The notes: generated from the sequence alone by a model not told the origin. 40,824 bases of DNA from a virus (IMGVR_UViG_3300046050_000043:1-40824), one strand, 5' to 3'. Shown: positions 26,901-36,162, counted from the first letter of the stretch. Numbers and translations are program-made.

Positions 26901-27305
26901 GCTGGGCAGGCCTACGATCTCACCCAGCACCCGGGCGAGGCCAAACGCGGGATGGCGTGGCGGCTCGACTTGGCCACAAGCGATTCGGGCGTGACGCCGC
27001 GGGTCGAGCAGGTGAAGGCCGACTGGGTGTGCGAGGGCTACGACGAGTTCGCGCTCGGCACCGTGAACGAGAACGTGGCGAGCCTCGACACGAGCTATCT
27101 TCACCAGCAAACGCTCAACGCCTTGAAGTCGCTGGTCGATCAGGCGCAGGTCGATGTGCGATGGCGGCTGGATCCGGCATCGGAGATGTACCTGATGGAC
27201 TGGGGCTACGAGAAGACCACGCACACGCTTCGGGATGACGTGCCGACGATCGTTGACGATCGCGCGACGGACACCAAGCGCGACCGGGTGAAGGTGGTTG
27301 GATGA
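23907..27305 (+). CDS. Large tail-tip protein with internal LVIVD-like beta-propeller repeats
   Basis: Follows the tape measure gene; repeats VVDVSDPGNP, VNVADPDS, ADVSDPAS, WDVSDPNN; several (S/T)xDGGxT(W/F) motifs. Confidence 0.8.
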   Translation: MAEWRVETENGDEIPVTSDSVKAAGPVTFGLEPSTAEIAAPNPNGLVYNRHGTGLVEPRTRLKVYRDDELLLVGDVMEARDRFTTHNGRETGRRADLTVASLPWILTKRYTGEDQFLGDSDQAILKHLLQETVLQREPFVDQRNLATLNNVELVDGSLRLEQNNDETYPSSGRVESNARTLKGPGNKPTSVTLDLVRSLGGGTELIQDDIEDASQIDEGASSGDATVEEGIAHAQDRTETKTGDFSDTTQAALLDGCTIENGELQAADQHPIDDDFDDGTVQGWSHDHVYSSIRGDADVSIDKVEDSAMMADAERLLVAGWDTYDDYEAKVSVVDVSDPGNPVETETDALGDCEDDSVTIQVDESVNRAWVAYKNSDSNLEVASVNVADPDSLYTAALNTIDDYSDEVGSESAYSAQHEIFVVRYGDYTDRLVGIDVSSRDDPSIAWEVDENQVIPDTFNDVEGEGDNLFLIGTDGVVSLDFIDGSERDYLSVGPGTVTGIDYHAGNEVVYVSDDDGELALADVSDPASMANLDESYGNNYCAKVRATPKGDQVVTYESGGGHHVWDVSDPNNIEILETMNVGRYDGGNASVLGRELWTPRAQGLTVGQVKNDANRIRLNTAEAAKSFSPNLLSGSLRAQVDSRGTVLLSVRNGDDQLIAVLEVEDTGEVYLWEPPTQGSTEDLTDWDREFQGGLGGSMPRVVKLYWDLEDETDPVVEAYDGTDKLGEITRTGPIRNGADRASIGAVRTASDDRHGDVDAYLDNVKVFGSREEPTLDTDWTFESTAFDTAYEARKAALDVAQTVPTGTGIVWKISLDGGATFQEVEPDAGTDGEYGPETWYEDILRGQDIVVRIEATGDGGSNSPSVDEYHARIANGWETGKSVVQSSTRNQETFTPQRANCSADQSVPSGVSTTFEVTFDGGGTWYAFDPAGDTVEPSAGDVSDPPDVRWRVTGDNPGEDGTWTVDRFKIVTEDPTGSGSLTPYVSTDGGQTWHEVTAGQAYDLTQHPGEAKRGMAWRLDLATSDSGVTPRVEQVKADWVCEGYDEFALGTVNENVASLDTSYLHQQTLNALKSLVDQAQVDVRWRLDPASEMYLMDWGYEKTTHTLRDDVPTIVDDRATDTKRDRVKVVG

Positions 27306-28780
27306 CGGGGCACGCGTGGGCGAACGGCGTCCGGGTCGACACGCTGAGCATTCCCGAGTCCCGATCGGGACGGTCCCGGTCCCGCACGGGGTACCGGGAG
27401 GGGTTGAGCGCGTTCGCGGACGCGGGCCAACCCAAGACCCGTAGCGTGCCGGTGGAGATGTGGTTCGAGCCGCCCGGCAAGGACCATCGGGCGCGCGCGG
27501 TGGACAACATGTTGACCTTGATGGAGCACGTTGTCCTTGAGGCCAGCGACGGCGACACGTGGGCCGGCGAACAAGGCCTGTTGTGCCAGCTGGGCGGGGA
27601 GACCCAGTTGGAGGTGACGGCCACGCTGAACACGTTGACCGCGCGCCTGACCGTGGTGACGAGCGCCGAGGACGCGTTCCTGCGCGGCGTCGTGAAAAGC
27701 GTGATCCAAGAGAACAGTCAGTCGCGAGCTGGCGTCACGCGCGTGCCGCACCCGGGCGAGGCCACCAAGATCGCGGGCGGCGGCGCCACGACGACGGACG
27801 GGCGCTGGACCGAGGACCCAGCCGGGTTCGCGGGCGAGGCGTACAGCGCGAACAAGACACTCGGCAATCACTCGGACCCGTTCCGCGTCGCGATGCAAAC
27901 CAGCGACTACCACCGCCTGGGGGCGTTCCTCGTGCCCGCCTCGCGCGTCGACGCGATCACCGCGGACGCGTCCGGGCAACCGGCATCCCTGGATCCGAAG
28001 CCCAAGTGGAGCCTCGTGCGGGTCACCTACGACTGGGACGGCAGCGACTACAACACGTCCCCGTTCCGCTCCCGGTTCGCCTGGAACGGCGAGACCCTAG
28101 CGACCGGCATCGTGCCGACACAGGACACCAGCGGCACGGAATCGTGGTTGGCGGCCGCGTGGACCGATCGCACGAGCGCGAGCACGGTGACCGCGACCGC
28201 GAAGGGCGCGGGCAACGCGAGCATGGTGAGTAGCGTGAGCGTGGACGCGTGGGATTTGTCGCGGGTGTGGGCGCTGGACGATGGGGAGCGCTACACGGAG
28301 TTCGTGGTCGGGCACGGGCTCGCGCAGGCCTACGTGGACGGGGCCTCGATCGTGCCCGTCAACCCGTTCATGGCGGGCAGCACGCGGACGGACAGTGGCG
28401 CGATCGTGACCGCGTCCCAGCCCTCGTACTGGCGGCTGACGCACGTGAGTGAGCACCGGGTCGAGCTGCGGGCGGACACGGATGACGTGTTGCGGTTGTG
28501 GCGCAACGGGCTCATCGAGCACGAGCCCCCCGGCACCACGTTCACCGTCCGGCCTGCCGATCAATCCCATGCCAGCGGCTCGTTGAACTGGCGCCCGCAC
28601 AGCGCGCGCGACCTCCGCGTCGGGGGCCTGCGAGACTACACGGCGTCCCTGAATGCGGATAGTAGTGCGACGGTGACCGGCAGCCAGCCCGGGCAACGGT
28701 ATGGCTACACGCTGGGTGGGAGCGACGTGCAGGATGTTTTGTATCGGCGGACGCGGACGACCTGGAGGTCCAACCTGTGA
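27302..28780 (+). CDS. Minor tail protein
   Basis: ATGA overlap; beta-rich; in the tail module. Confidence 0.7.
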   Translation: MTGHAWANGVRVDTLSIPESRSGRSRSRTGYREGLSAFADAGQPKTRSVPVEMWFEPPGKDHRARAVDNMLTLMEHVVLEASDGDTWAGEQGLLCQLGGETQLEVTATLNTLTARLTVVTSAEDAFLRGVVKSVIQENSQSRAGVTRVPHPGEATKIAGGGATTTDGRWTEDPAGFAGEAYSANKTLGNHSDPFRVAMQTSDYHRLGAFLVPASRVDAITADASGQPASLDPKPKWSLVRVTYDWDGSDYNTSPFRSRFAWNGETLATGIVPTQDTSGTESWLAAAWTDRTSASTVTATAKGAGNASMVSSVSVDAWDLSRVWALDDGERYTEFVVGHGLAQAYVDGASIVPVNPFMAGSTRTDSGAIVTASQPSYWRLTHVSEHRVELRADTDDVLRLWRNGLIEHEPPGTTFTVRPADQSHASGSLNWRPHSARDLRVGGLRDYTASLNADSSATVTGSQPGQRYGYTLGGSDVQDVLYRRTRTTWRSNL

Positions 28781-31700
28781 CGATCGCGACCACGATCGAC
28801 TACGGGCGCAGCCATCTCGACGTCGACCTGGACGGCGCCAGCGAACGGTTGGGAGTGATCCTGGACGCCAAGGACGGGAAAACGGGCGGTGACACGACGG
28901 ACGAGGGCAAGTACCCGGACTACGAGTACGACACCAGCCAGAAACCCACGCTCGAGGTGTACAGGCACCGCGACGGCGCCTCGTTGACGACCGTGTACGC
29001 GAAGGCGTTCATCGTGCGCGATGACACCGACACGGGCGGCGAGTACCACGACACGTCGACCGGGTCGAAGACGGCGGACGTCGTCGCGGAGGCCGACATC
29101 GGTCTGATGGCGAACGTGGGTCCCGGCGATCGCGTCCAGTTCGATCGCTTCATCGACGAGGGCGGCACCTACCGCCTGGTGGTCAGCTTCGGCGCGGGCA
29201 GCACGAGCCAGGAAGCCGAGGATAACGCGCGCGACATCGACAGTGTCGATACCGGGGCCACGTCGAACGAGTGGCACGCGGACAGCGACCGCAACGTCGC
29301 CAAAGGCGGCGACCAGAACGTCTCGGTGAACGACCACGCGGGGGGCGGGTTCCGCCGCACCGTGGTCGTGAACAGTATCGCGACCGACGTGCACGAGCAG
29401 GCCTACACGGACCAGCCGACCCTGTCCTGGAGCATCGACACCGCCAACGCGAAAGGCATCCACAGTCCGCGGTCGCTGGCCTACAGCCCGATCAACGAGG
29501 ACACGGGGACCGTGCACATCGACGCCTACGGCTCGACGGCCAGTGACGGGACCGGTAGCGGGGGGTACAACGTGGACACGCGGTTGCCCGTCGATCCGGC
29601 CCCGATGCGGGCCGCGGTGGGCGTCAACGGCGAGCTGCGCCCCGTCGGCAGTGCCGAGAAAAGCGGTCTCGCGGCGGTCGACACGTACAGCGACGCGGAT
29701 GCCTGGGTCACGTTCCAGGCGGACGGCCACGCCAGCGAGCTGGAGACCAGGTCCCGGTATGCGGGCTTCAACCGGGAGCCGCACGCCGGCAGCCCCGACT
29801 TGACGCTCCCGAGCGATTGGAGTCACGCGCCCGTCCGGGAAGAAAAGTGGGGGTCGGGGTTTGAGGCGCGCAATGATGGGGGATGGATGGAGGCGACGAC
29901 GCCCTCGCTCGTGCTGGACAGCGACGTCTGTCTGTTCATGGTGGTTCGCGTCGGGGACGCGGCGCCGGCCAGCGAGTGGCAGTTCCTCACCATTTCGGAC
30001 CCGGACAGCGGCAACTACGTTCGGCTAGCCCTGAACGCGAACGGCGAGATCCGGTACAACGACGACGGCGGGTCCGCCGTTACCAGCTCGGACAGCCTCG
30101 TGAACACGAGCACGAACATCGACCGGTTGGTGCCGGTGAGCCTCGAGCGGGTGGACAACGGGGACGGGACTGCCGACCTCACGGTGCGCGCCTACGACCC
30201 GGACGGCACGGTGAACGTCGAGATCACCGTGTCGAACCGTTCGCTGCCGGGCCAGAGCGGCAGCAGCGATCCCGAGCTCTACGTCGCCGCGGGCCCGAAC
30301 GGGCAGAACAACTGGGACCCGGACCACGCGTCGGACGTCGCGGGCGTGCACGAGCTCCGCATCTGGGGCGACCAGGACCCACAGCCGGGGCTCGCGACGC
30401 TGGACCAGATGGCCGACAAGACGGACACGACGCACGATCACGCGTTGGAGGGCAACGAGACGCTTGCGTACTTCTTGGACTTCGAGGTTGTGGAGCGCGT
30501 GTGGGAGCCGTCCACGGTGCCGGGCACGCAGCGGCGGGCCGGGCACCGGGTGGACGTGGACACGGTGACGCGCAACGCCAACGGCGAGGACGCCGCCGCC
30601 GGGACCACGCTGTACAACCGCTTGGAACCCGTCAACATCGACGTCTCGTTCTTGGATGCGTTTGGGAACACGGTCGCGCCGGACGGGACCCAGCTCGCCG
30701 TCGTGGACACCAACGGGAGCGCCGAACACACAACGAGCCCGCAAGACGCCGCTCCCTACAACATGGATCACCAGACGGGGAGCACGGACGAGGCGAGCTA
30801 CGACGAGACCGGGGTCGAGAAAGTGCTGCGCTTCGTGGGCGGGCACTATGGCACCCATGACCCCACGTTCACCTACGACGGAACCGACCAACCCCGGCAA
30901 CTGCTCTACCATTTGTCCCGCAAGTACCTGCTGGGTTCAACGGGGAACAGCCGCGATGTGAGCACGCCTCACGGTCTCTACAACCGGGACGAAACCGTGG
31001 ACTTCGGCACGGACGAGGCCTTGTTCTACGCTCGTGGGGACGCGCTTGAGACGGACAAGGCCAGCCTCCAGGTCGAGATCCACGACGGCCTCCCCACAAG
31101 TGCCGGCACCGACGGCAGCACCGACGCGGACACGGTGGAGCAAACCGTCAGCGCCGACACCGACGACTCGGGAAACCTGACCGCGGACGGCGGGGGCAAC
31201 CTGACCTTCACGATCGGGACCGACGCCAACGCTGTCAGCGACGTCCCGTTGGCGGATGAGAAGACGAGCGGGCAGCCCAAGCACGTGCGCGTCGTCGACG
31301 ACGGGAACGCAAGCGACGACAGCGATCACGAGTACAGCGTCAGCGACGCGCTCGGGCTGGGCAGCAGCAGCACCACGAACGACGCCGCGATGGCGACGGT
31401 CGAAACCGCCGGCGGGGATGCAGCGACGTTGTTCAACGTGGACGAAACGATCCAGTACGCCTACCATGTCTCGTACGCCCGCGGCACCGTGTACGACAAG
31501 GATGTGACGAGCACGGTCCAGGACATCGCGGAGGTCACCGAGGACACGCAAACCCTGACGCCCGACGCCAACGGCAAAGTGGCCGCGAGTTACACTGCCG
31601 AGAACCGGGACGCGCACACCAGCAGTCGGATCGGCGCCGACAAGCAAGTCAAGGTCTCGCAAGGAGGGAACACGCGGACCAGTACCAGTGGCGTGTGGAG

Positions 31701-33252
31701 CCTCACCGATCTTTTGGTGATCGGGACCACGCAGGGAAGCCCCAACGGGCAGGTCTTGGCTCAGGATCCCGACGGCGAGGACGAAACCGTGTTCAACCTC
31801 GGCGAGACGATCGACCTTGCGTACTGGGTGAGTTATGCCCGGGGGGACCCCTACGTGGATCCCAGCGACGGGTCCCCGAAAAGCCTCACGGCTCGCGTCG
31901 AGGATGATCAGAACGCGGCTGAGGACAGCCGCTCCCTCACGACCGAGGCCGACACGGGCAAGCTCGCCTACACCTACACCGTCGCGCAAGGCGACAAGGC
32001 CACCAGCGACGCGACCGGCAGCCCCAAACACGTGCACGTGACGGGCCCGAACGGGAACAACGAGACCGCCCGGCCCGGAGACCTCAGCGGGGCGGATGTG
32101 GTCGAGGACTGGGGCATCAGCGATCTGCTCACGATCGACACGGTGCACACGCAGCGCGGCACCTCCGAGACCACGGACAACAGCCCTGCCGGCGCGCTGC
32201 TGCGCGAGTTTGTGATCACCGGCGACCGGATGACGAGCAAGGCCTTGGTCCACAACGCCAGAGGCGAACCCCACGCGGGCGCCACGGTCACCCAAGAGCG
32301 CCTGAGTGATGACGGGAGCAGCGTCGTCGAAAGCCACAGTAGTCAGGACACGACGGGCACGGGGTGGCCGGACCAGTTCTACACCTGGAGCCACCCGGAG
32401 TACGAGGCGGACTACACGCTTCGGACCCGCGCCAGCGACGACGCCGGGAACGCGACGACGAGCGACACAAGTGTCACGATCACGTGGGTCGCCAGCCAGT
32501 CGGGGAACAAGTTCGCCTTGCTCTCCACGCAGTTGCTCGGCGACGCGGGCGACACGATGCGCGTGTGGTGCAGCTTCGGGCAGCTGAACGACGCGGGCGA
32601 CGCGATCGAGTGGGCCGATGGCCCCGGGTTGAGCGTGTCCACGAGTCCCGAGCCGCACATCGAGATTTACGAGTTCAGCGATACGGAGCCGCGGCAGGTG
32701 GTCGAGGCGGCGACCGCGATGACGCCGAAAAGCGGGCAACCCGCGGGTGGGGCGGACTGGTATTTCGACGTCACGCTGGGCGAGCGCCGCACGTACCAGA
32801 TCAACGTGTGGGGGCGGTTGGGGAACGTGCCGATCAACGGGCAGTTCCAGGTCAAGCGCGAGGGGGGCGAGGCCAGCGTCACGGACCTGGGCGCGACGCC
32901 GGCGGGGATCAATCACGTCGCGGAGGCGGGGCAGGCGGGCGGCGACGTCGACGAGGCAGTGGTGACGGACAAGAGCCTGGACAGTACCGCGTCGGCGAAG
33001 ACGACGGCGAACCAACAACTGGGCGGGGAGCGGGGCAGTGACAACGCGGAGACGAGCGTGACGCGCATCGGCGAGGACCCGGACAAGTACGCCGTCGGGG
33101 ACGAAGTCGCGTTGCCCGCGTTCGGGATCACGGGCACGATCCGGGAGGTACGACCCAAGGACGAGGGCGTGGAACTGGTCCTGGGGGATGTGTCGACGGC
33201 GCAGACGGCGCAGGCGGAGACGGTGCGGCGCGTGGAAAAAGCGGAGCGGTAA
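28777..33252 (+). CDS. Very large tail/adhesin protein (LamG-like domain, repeated beta-sandwich units, hub-like C-terminus)
   Basis: 1491 aa, Asp/Thr-rich; LFMVVRV...VHELRIWG LamG-like segment; (Y/F)NxxE(T/P) and YARG repeats. Confidence 0.8.
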   Translation: MTIATTIDYGRSHLDVDLDGASERLGVILDAKDGKTGGDTTDEGKYPDYEYDTSQKPTLEVYRHRDGASLTTVYAKAFIVRDDTDTGGEYHDTSTGSKTADVVAEADIGLMANVGPGDRVQFDRFIDEGGTYRLVVSFGAGSTSQEAEDNARDIDSVDTGATSNEWHADSDRNVAKGGDQNVSVNDHAGGGFRRTVVVNSIATDVHEQAYTDQPTLSWSIDTANAKGIHSPRSLAYSPINEDTGTVHIDAYGSTASDGTGSGGYNVDTRLPVDPAPMRAAVGVNGELRPVGSAEKSGLAAVDTYSDADAWVTFQADGHASELETRSRYAGFNREPHAGSPDLTLPSDWSHAPVREEKWGSGFEARNDGGWMEATTPSLVLDSDVCLFMVVRVGDAAPASEWQFLTISDPDSGNYVRLALNANGEIRYNDDGGSAVTSSDSLVNTSTNIDRLVPVSLERVDNGDGTADLTVRAYDPDGTVNVEITVSNRSLPGQSGSSDPELYVAAGPNGQNNWDPDHASDVAGVHELRIWGDQDPQPGLATLDQMADKTDTTHDHALEGNETLAYFLDFEVVERVWEPSTVPGTQRRAGHRVDVDTVTRNANGEDAAAGTTLYNRLEPVNIDVSFLDAFGNTVAPDGTQLAVVDTNGSAEHTTSPQDAAPYNMDHQTGSTDEASYDETGVEKVLRFVGGHYGTHDPTFTYDGTDQPRQLLYHLSRKYLLGSTGNSRDVSTPHGLYNRDETVDFGTDEALFYARGDALETDKASLQVEIHDGLPTSAGTDGSTDADTVEQTVSADTDDSGNLTADGGGNLTFTIGTDANAVSDVPLADEKTSGQPKHVRVVDDGNASDDSDHEYSVSDALGLGSSSTTNDAAMATVETAGGDAATLFNVDETIQYAYHVSYARGTVYDKDVTSTVQDIAEVTEDTQTLTPDANGKVAASYTAENRDAHTSSRIGADKQVKVSQGGNTRTSTSGVWSLTDLLVIGTTQGSPNGQVLAQDPDGEDETVFNLGETIDLAYWVSYARGDPYVDPSDGSPKSLTARVEDDQNAAEDSRSLTTEADTGKLAYTYTVAQGDKATSDATGSPKHVHVTGPNGNNETARPGDLSGADVVEDWGISDLLTIDTVHTQRGTSETTDNSPAGALLREFVITGDRMTSKALVHNARGEPHAGATVTQERLSDDGSSVVESHSSQDTTGTGWPDQFYTWSHPEYEADYTLRTRASDDAGNATTSDTSVTITWVASQSGNKFALLSTQLLGDAGDTMRVWCSFGQLNDAGDAIEWADGPGLSVSTSPEPHIEIYEFSDTEPRQVVEAATAMTPKSGQPAGGADWYFDVTLGERRTYQINVWGRLGNVPINGQFQVKREGGEASVTDLGATPAGINHVAEAGQAGGDVDEAVVTDKSLDSTASAKTTANQQLGGERGSDNAETSVTRIGEDPDKYAVGDEVALPAFGITGTIREVRPKDEGVELVLGDVSTAQTAQAETVRRVEKAER

Positions 33253-33270
33253 CCTTACCGGCGGGCCGGG

Positions 33271-34086
33271 TCACGACCGACGAAGCCCCGGGGCGGCGAG
33301 GAGGCTTGAGACGATGATGGTCACGAGCGCGCTGGGGGCGGGAATCGTGCTCGTGTCCCGGTCGGGATTGGTCGTTCCTTCCGTGCCGGCATCCTGCCGC
33401 GTCGTGGTGTCCCCGGCCTGTTCGCCACTGTCGTCTGCGTCCGACGAGGAGCGGGTGTTCTGGGAGGCCTCCTCGTCGTCTTGGGTGGGGGTGAAGGTGA
33501 TGCCGACGTTCTCGGTCTCCGTCATCGTGCCGGTGAGCCACGATCCGTCCTGCGTGGCGTTGTGGAGGCCGCGGTGGTTGGTGATCTCGTAGCCGGGCGG
33601 CGGGGACACCGTGAGCTGGGTTCCGTCGTCGTCGGTGTCGGTCATCCGGCGGAACTCGTGGGTGTCGTCGTTGGACGTGCTGGGGTAGGCGGCTTTCGCG
33701 GTCGAGTGGTAGTGCAGTTGTTTGTCGGGGGTGATGGGGCCTTGGGCGTTGGTGACGTTGAGGGTGAGCAGGCTGTAGCTGGAGGCTTGCTCGCCGTCCC
33801 AGGTGGTGGTCCCGGAGTCGTCGTTGGCTCGGGCTAGGTGGTCCTCGAGGTCGTGGGCTTCGGTGGCGTTGAGGTGGTCGTTGCTGTCGTCGTCGTGGTA
33901 GGTGAGGAGGTCTTGGCTTTGGTTTTGGCTGAGGGTTCCGTTGCTGCCGCCGGTGACTTCGCCGGGGTGGGTGAAGTCGTAGCGAAGCTCGGGGTCATGG
34001 GCGCTGGCGGTGGGCTGGATCGGGAGGGCGAGGAGGGTGGCGGCCAGGATCAGCACCGCCGTCGTCGTCGTGGTGGTGGTTGTCAT
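33271..34086 (-). CDS. Secreted, C-terminally anchored cell-surface (glyco)protein
   Basis: Signal peptide ending ASA-H, N-x-S/T sequons, acidic Thr/Asp linker, tail IPAPSALVTIIVSSLLAAPGLRRS; ATG 34086 with AGGTG RBS. Confidence 0.8.
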   Translation of the reverse strand: MTTTTTTTTAVLILAATLLALPIQPTASAHDPELRYDFTHPGEVTGGSNGTLSQNQSQDLLTYHDDDSNDHLNATEAHDLEDHLARANDDSGTTTWDGEQASSYSLLTLNVTNAQGPITPDKQLHYHSTAKAAYPSTSNDDTHEFRRMTDTDDDGTQLTVSPPPGYEITNHRGLHNATQDGSWLTGTMTETENVGITFTPTQDDEEASQNTRSSSDADDSGEQAGDTTTRQDAGTEGTTNPDRDTSTIPAPSALVTIIVSSLLAAPGLRRS

Positions 34087-34214
34087 CGTGGGGACACCTG
34101 GGCGAAAGTACGGGCCCGCTTCGGTGTAAAGCGTTGGGTCGCCACGCGGTGGTTTCTTACCTCTGGTCGGCGTAGCGTGGGGTGCGGGGCGGGCACGGGT
34201 AGGCGTTGTGTCAT
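34083..34214 (-). CDS. 43-aa basic micro-ORF (MTQRLPVPAPHPTLRRPEVRNHRVATQRFTPKRARTFAQVSPR)
   Basis: GGTGAACACGATG RBS/start; its stop overlaps the surface-protein ATG. Confidence 0.4.
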   Translation of the reverse strand: MTQRLPVPAPHPTLRRPEVRNHRVATQRFTPKRARTFAQVSPR

Positions 34215-34278
34215 CGTGTTCACCGCTTGGCCCGCCCCGCTCACCTCCCTGCTTGAGACGGGAGACCCCCACCGACCG

Positions 34279-34349
34279 AAGCATTAATACTGCGTGGGCG
34301 CATTAGTTATGCTGCGCCGTGGGTGACCGCGGCGCAGGTGAACACGATG
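34279..34349. promoter_or_regulatory. Divergent promoter region with TATA-like ATTAAT, 5' hairpin and RBS
   Basis: ATTAATA 34283-34289; hairpin 34312-34337; GCAGGTGAACACGATG; lies between divergent genes. Confidence 0.7.
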
Positions 34350-34586
34350 ACCACGGACGCGAACCTACGACGAGCCGAACGACGCCGCCTCGAGCCGCCC
34401 GAGCCGACCACGTGCCGGCACGAGTCCTGCCGCGTGATCGACCGCGAACAGCTCGAGCCCGACGTCATCTCCGTCCACGCCGCATGCGACGACTGCCCCG
34501 CCATCCTCGCCTGGGACCAGACACCCGGGCGCGGCGACGAGCGCCTGAACCTCGAGGTCATCGACTACCAGCAGGGGGCCGCCTGA
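34347..34586 (+). CDS. Small zinc-binding protein (CRH...CDDC)
   Basis: GGTGA RBS; TGATG coupling downstream. Confidence 0.7.
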   Translation: MTTDANLRRAERRRLEPPEPTTCRHESCRVIDREQLEPDVISVHAACDDCPAILAWDQTPGRGDERLNLEVIDYQQGAA

Positions 34587-34795
34587 TGCCCAGCATCGGC
34601 TGCGGCCTCGCCCCGAGCCCCTACCAGGGCGAGGACGAGCTCGTCGTCGATCTCCAGGTGGCCCGCGGCGAGCACGAGAGCGTTCTCGCCGTGCTCGGCG
34701 AGACGGGCACCCTGCGCGACGAGGAGGGGGTTGACCTGGCGTTCTGGGACGACCTGGTCCACGTCCTCATCCCCATCGAGGAGGAGGGAGCCTGA
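34586..34795 (+). CDS. Hypothetical small protein
   Basis: TGATG coupling on both sides; acidic. Confidence 0.65.
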   Translation: MPSIGCGLAPSPYQGEDELVVDLQVARGEHESVLAVLGETGTLRDEEGVDLAFWDDLVHVLIPIEEEGA

Positions 34796-34914
34796 TGGCC
34801 CGCCAGCACGCGATCGGCGAGCTCGAGGAGGACACGCCGACCACGCTCCAGGTCGAGACCGTGTGGCTGTTCGACCGCAGCGACCCTCGCTGGCGCCAGG
34901 GGGTGGACCCGTGA
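34795..34914 (+). CDS. 39-aa micro-protein
   Basis: TGATG and GTGA overlaps; MARQHAIGELEEDTPTTLQVETVWLFDRSDPRWRQGVDP. Confidence 0.55.
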   Translation: MARQHAIGELEEDTPTTLQVETVWLFDRSDPRWRQGVDP

Positions 34915-35243
34915 CGGACACCGACGACGTCGACGAGAACCTGGCCGAGCTCGTGGGCAGTGGGCCCAGGGGCCCCGTCATCTCCGAGAAACCTGAGGCC
35001 CGTCGACGGGCCCGTCGACGAGACCTCGACTGGGACGAATCCAGCCTCCGCGGCTTCCGCGCCCAGCTCCAGCAGCTCGTCGACGACGCGCCGCACCATG
35101 CGGCCGACCTGCGCACGGTGGACCGCGAGGACGAGCTCGCGCAGCGCCTCATCCAGCTCGACCGAGCCGGCCGCGACCTCCTCGAGACGATCGACGCGAA
35201 GCTCGAGGACCTCCACCAAGCCCGCCAAGAGGTGCCTGCCTGA
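34911..35243 (+). CDS. Hypothetical coiled-coil protein
   Basis: GTGA overlap; acidic. Confidence 0.65.
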   Translation: MTDTDDVDENLAELVGSGPRGPVISEKPEARRRARRRDLDWDESSLRGFRAQLQQLVDDAPHHAADLRTVDREDELAQRLIQLDRAGRDLLETIDAKLEDLHQARQEVPA

Positions 35244-35413
35244 TGCCTGGATCGGAGCACCGGATGGAGGTCTTCGAGACCCGCCTGGAGGAGGCGAAGG
35301 CGCTCGCGAAGGAGGTCCTCCTGCGCGACTACCCCACGCCCGCGCACAAGCAGCTCGCTCGCGGGAAGCTGCGCGAGGCGCGAGACCTGCTCGACGACGG
35401 AGGGGACGCCTGA
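35243..35413 (+). CDS. 56-aa helical micro-protein
   Basis: TGATG coupling on both sides; ends in GGDA. Confidence 0.6.
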   Translation: MPGSEHRMEVFETRLEEAKALAKEVLLRDYPTPAHKQLARGKLREARDLLDDGGDA

Positions 35414-36162
35414 TGGCGACCGACGCCGACGACGCGGCCGGCGCGCTCGAGGCGCGCATCGTGAGCCTCGTCGAGGACACCTCGCCCGACCAGACGGTGT
35501 TCCTCATCGACGACTTCCCCGACGAGGAGCTCCAGGAGCTCAAGCACTGGGACAAGGAGGCCGAGACGTACCGGTACAGCTACCATCCCTTCTACGGTGC
35601 CCGGCTCCGCGTCCTCCGTCAGAACTGGCCGCACGCCCAGATCGAGAGCGAGAAGGTCGACATCCAGGTCCACCCGGACGGCGACTACGTCCGCGCCCAC
35701 TACCGAGCCACCGTCCGCGACCCCCGAACGGGACGGAGCGGCGACGGGGACGGCGTCGCCGACACCCGCTTCGGCGACGGGAAGATGAGGAACAGCATCC
35801 CCGAGCTCGCGCAGACCCGCGCGAAGGCCCGGGCCCTGCGCGACTTCGGGATCGGGGTCGACGCGTGCAGCATCGAGGAGATGACCCGCGTCGGCGAAGG
35901 TCCCGAGGCCGAGGCCGACTCCGACGGCGTCGACGTCCAGCCGCGCGAGACCGGTCGCGAGAGCGAGGGGCCGATCAAGCAGACCGCCCGCTTCCAGCCG
36001 AGCGTCGGGCTCAGCGAGGGCCAGGAGCGCCGCCTCGACCGCGGCCCCTGGAAGAAGCGCAACGGCGCTTGGGAGGCCACGCTCAACCCCGTGCAGGTCA
36101 ACGAGTGGCACAGCATCCTTCAGGAGCTCGGCGAGGTCACCTTCGGGGGTGAGGAGCTGTGA
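35413..36162 (+). CDS. Rad52/Sak-like single-strand annealing protein
   Basis: ARLRVLRQNWPHAQIES...YRATV...GDG...ELAQTRAKARALRDFGIG; adjacent to an exonuclease gene. Confidence 0.7.
   Translation: MATDADDAAGALEARIVSLVEDTSPDQTVFLIDDFPDEELQELKHWDKEAETYRYSYHPFYGARLRVLRQNWPHAQIESEKVDIQVHPDGDYVRAHYRATVRDPRTGRSGDGDGVADTRFGDGKMRNSIPELAQTRAKARALRDFGIGVDACSIEEMTRVGEGPEAEADSDGVDVQPRETGRESEGPIKQTARFQPSVGLSEGQERRLDRGPWKKRNGAWEATLNPVQVNEWHSILQELGEVTFGGEEL

Noticed and set aside
3561-33018. Long minus-strand ORFs (3561..4901, 5027..6592, 10024..11658, 11961..13841, 22331..23779, 30937..33018)
   Set aside because: Antisense shadows of well-supported plus-strand genes, caused by high-GC codon bias
23907-33252. 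Diversity-generating retroelement or invertible tail-fibre cassette
   Set aside because: No reverse transcriptase, recombinase, template/variable repeat pair or inverted gene fragments seen
34087-34284. 66-aa N-terminal extension of the minus-strand ORF 33271..34284
   Set aside because: Signal peptide and RBS begin at ATG 34086; the extension spans promoter DNA
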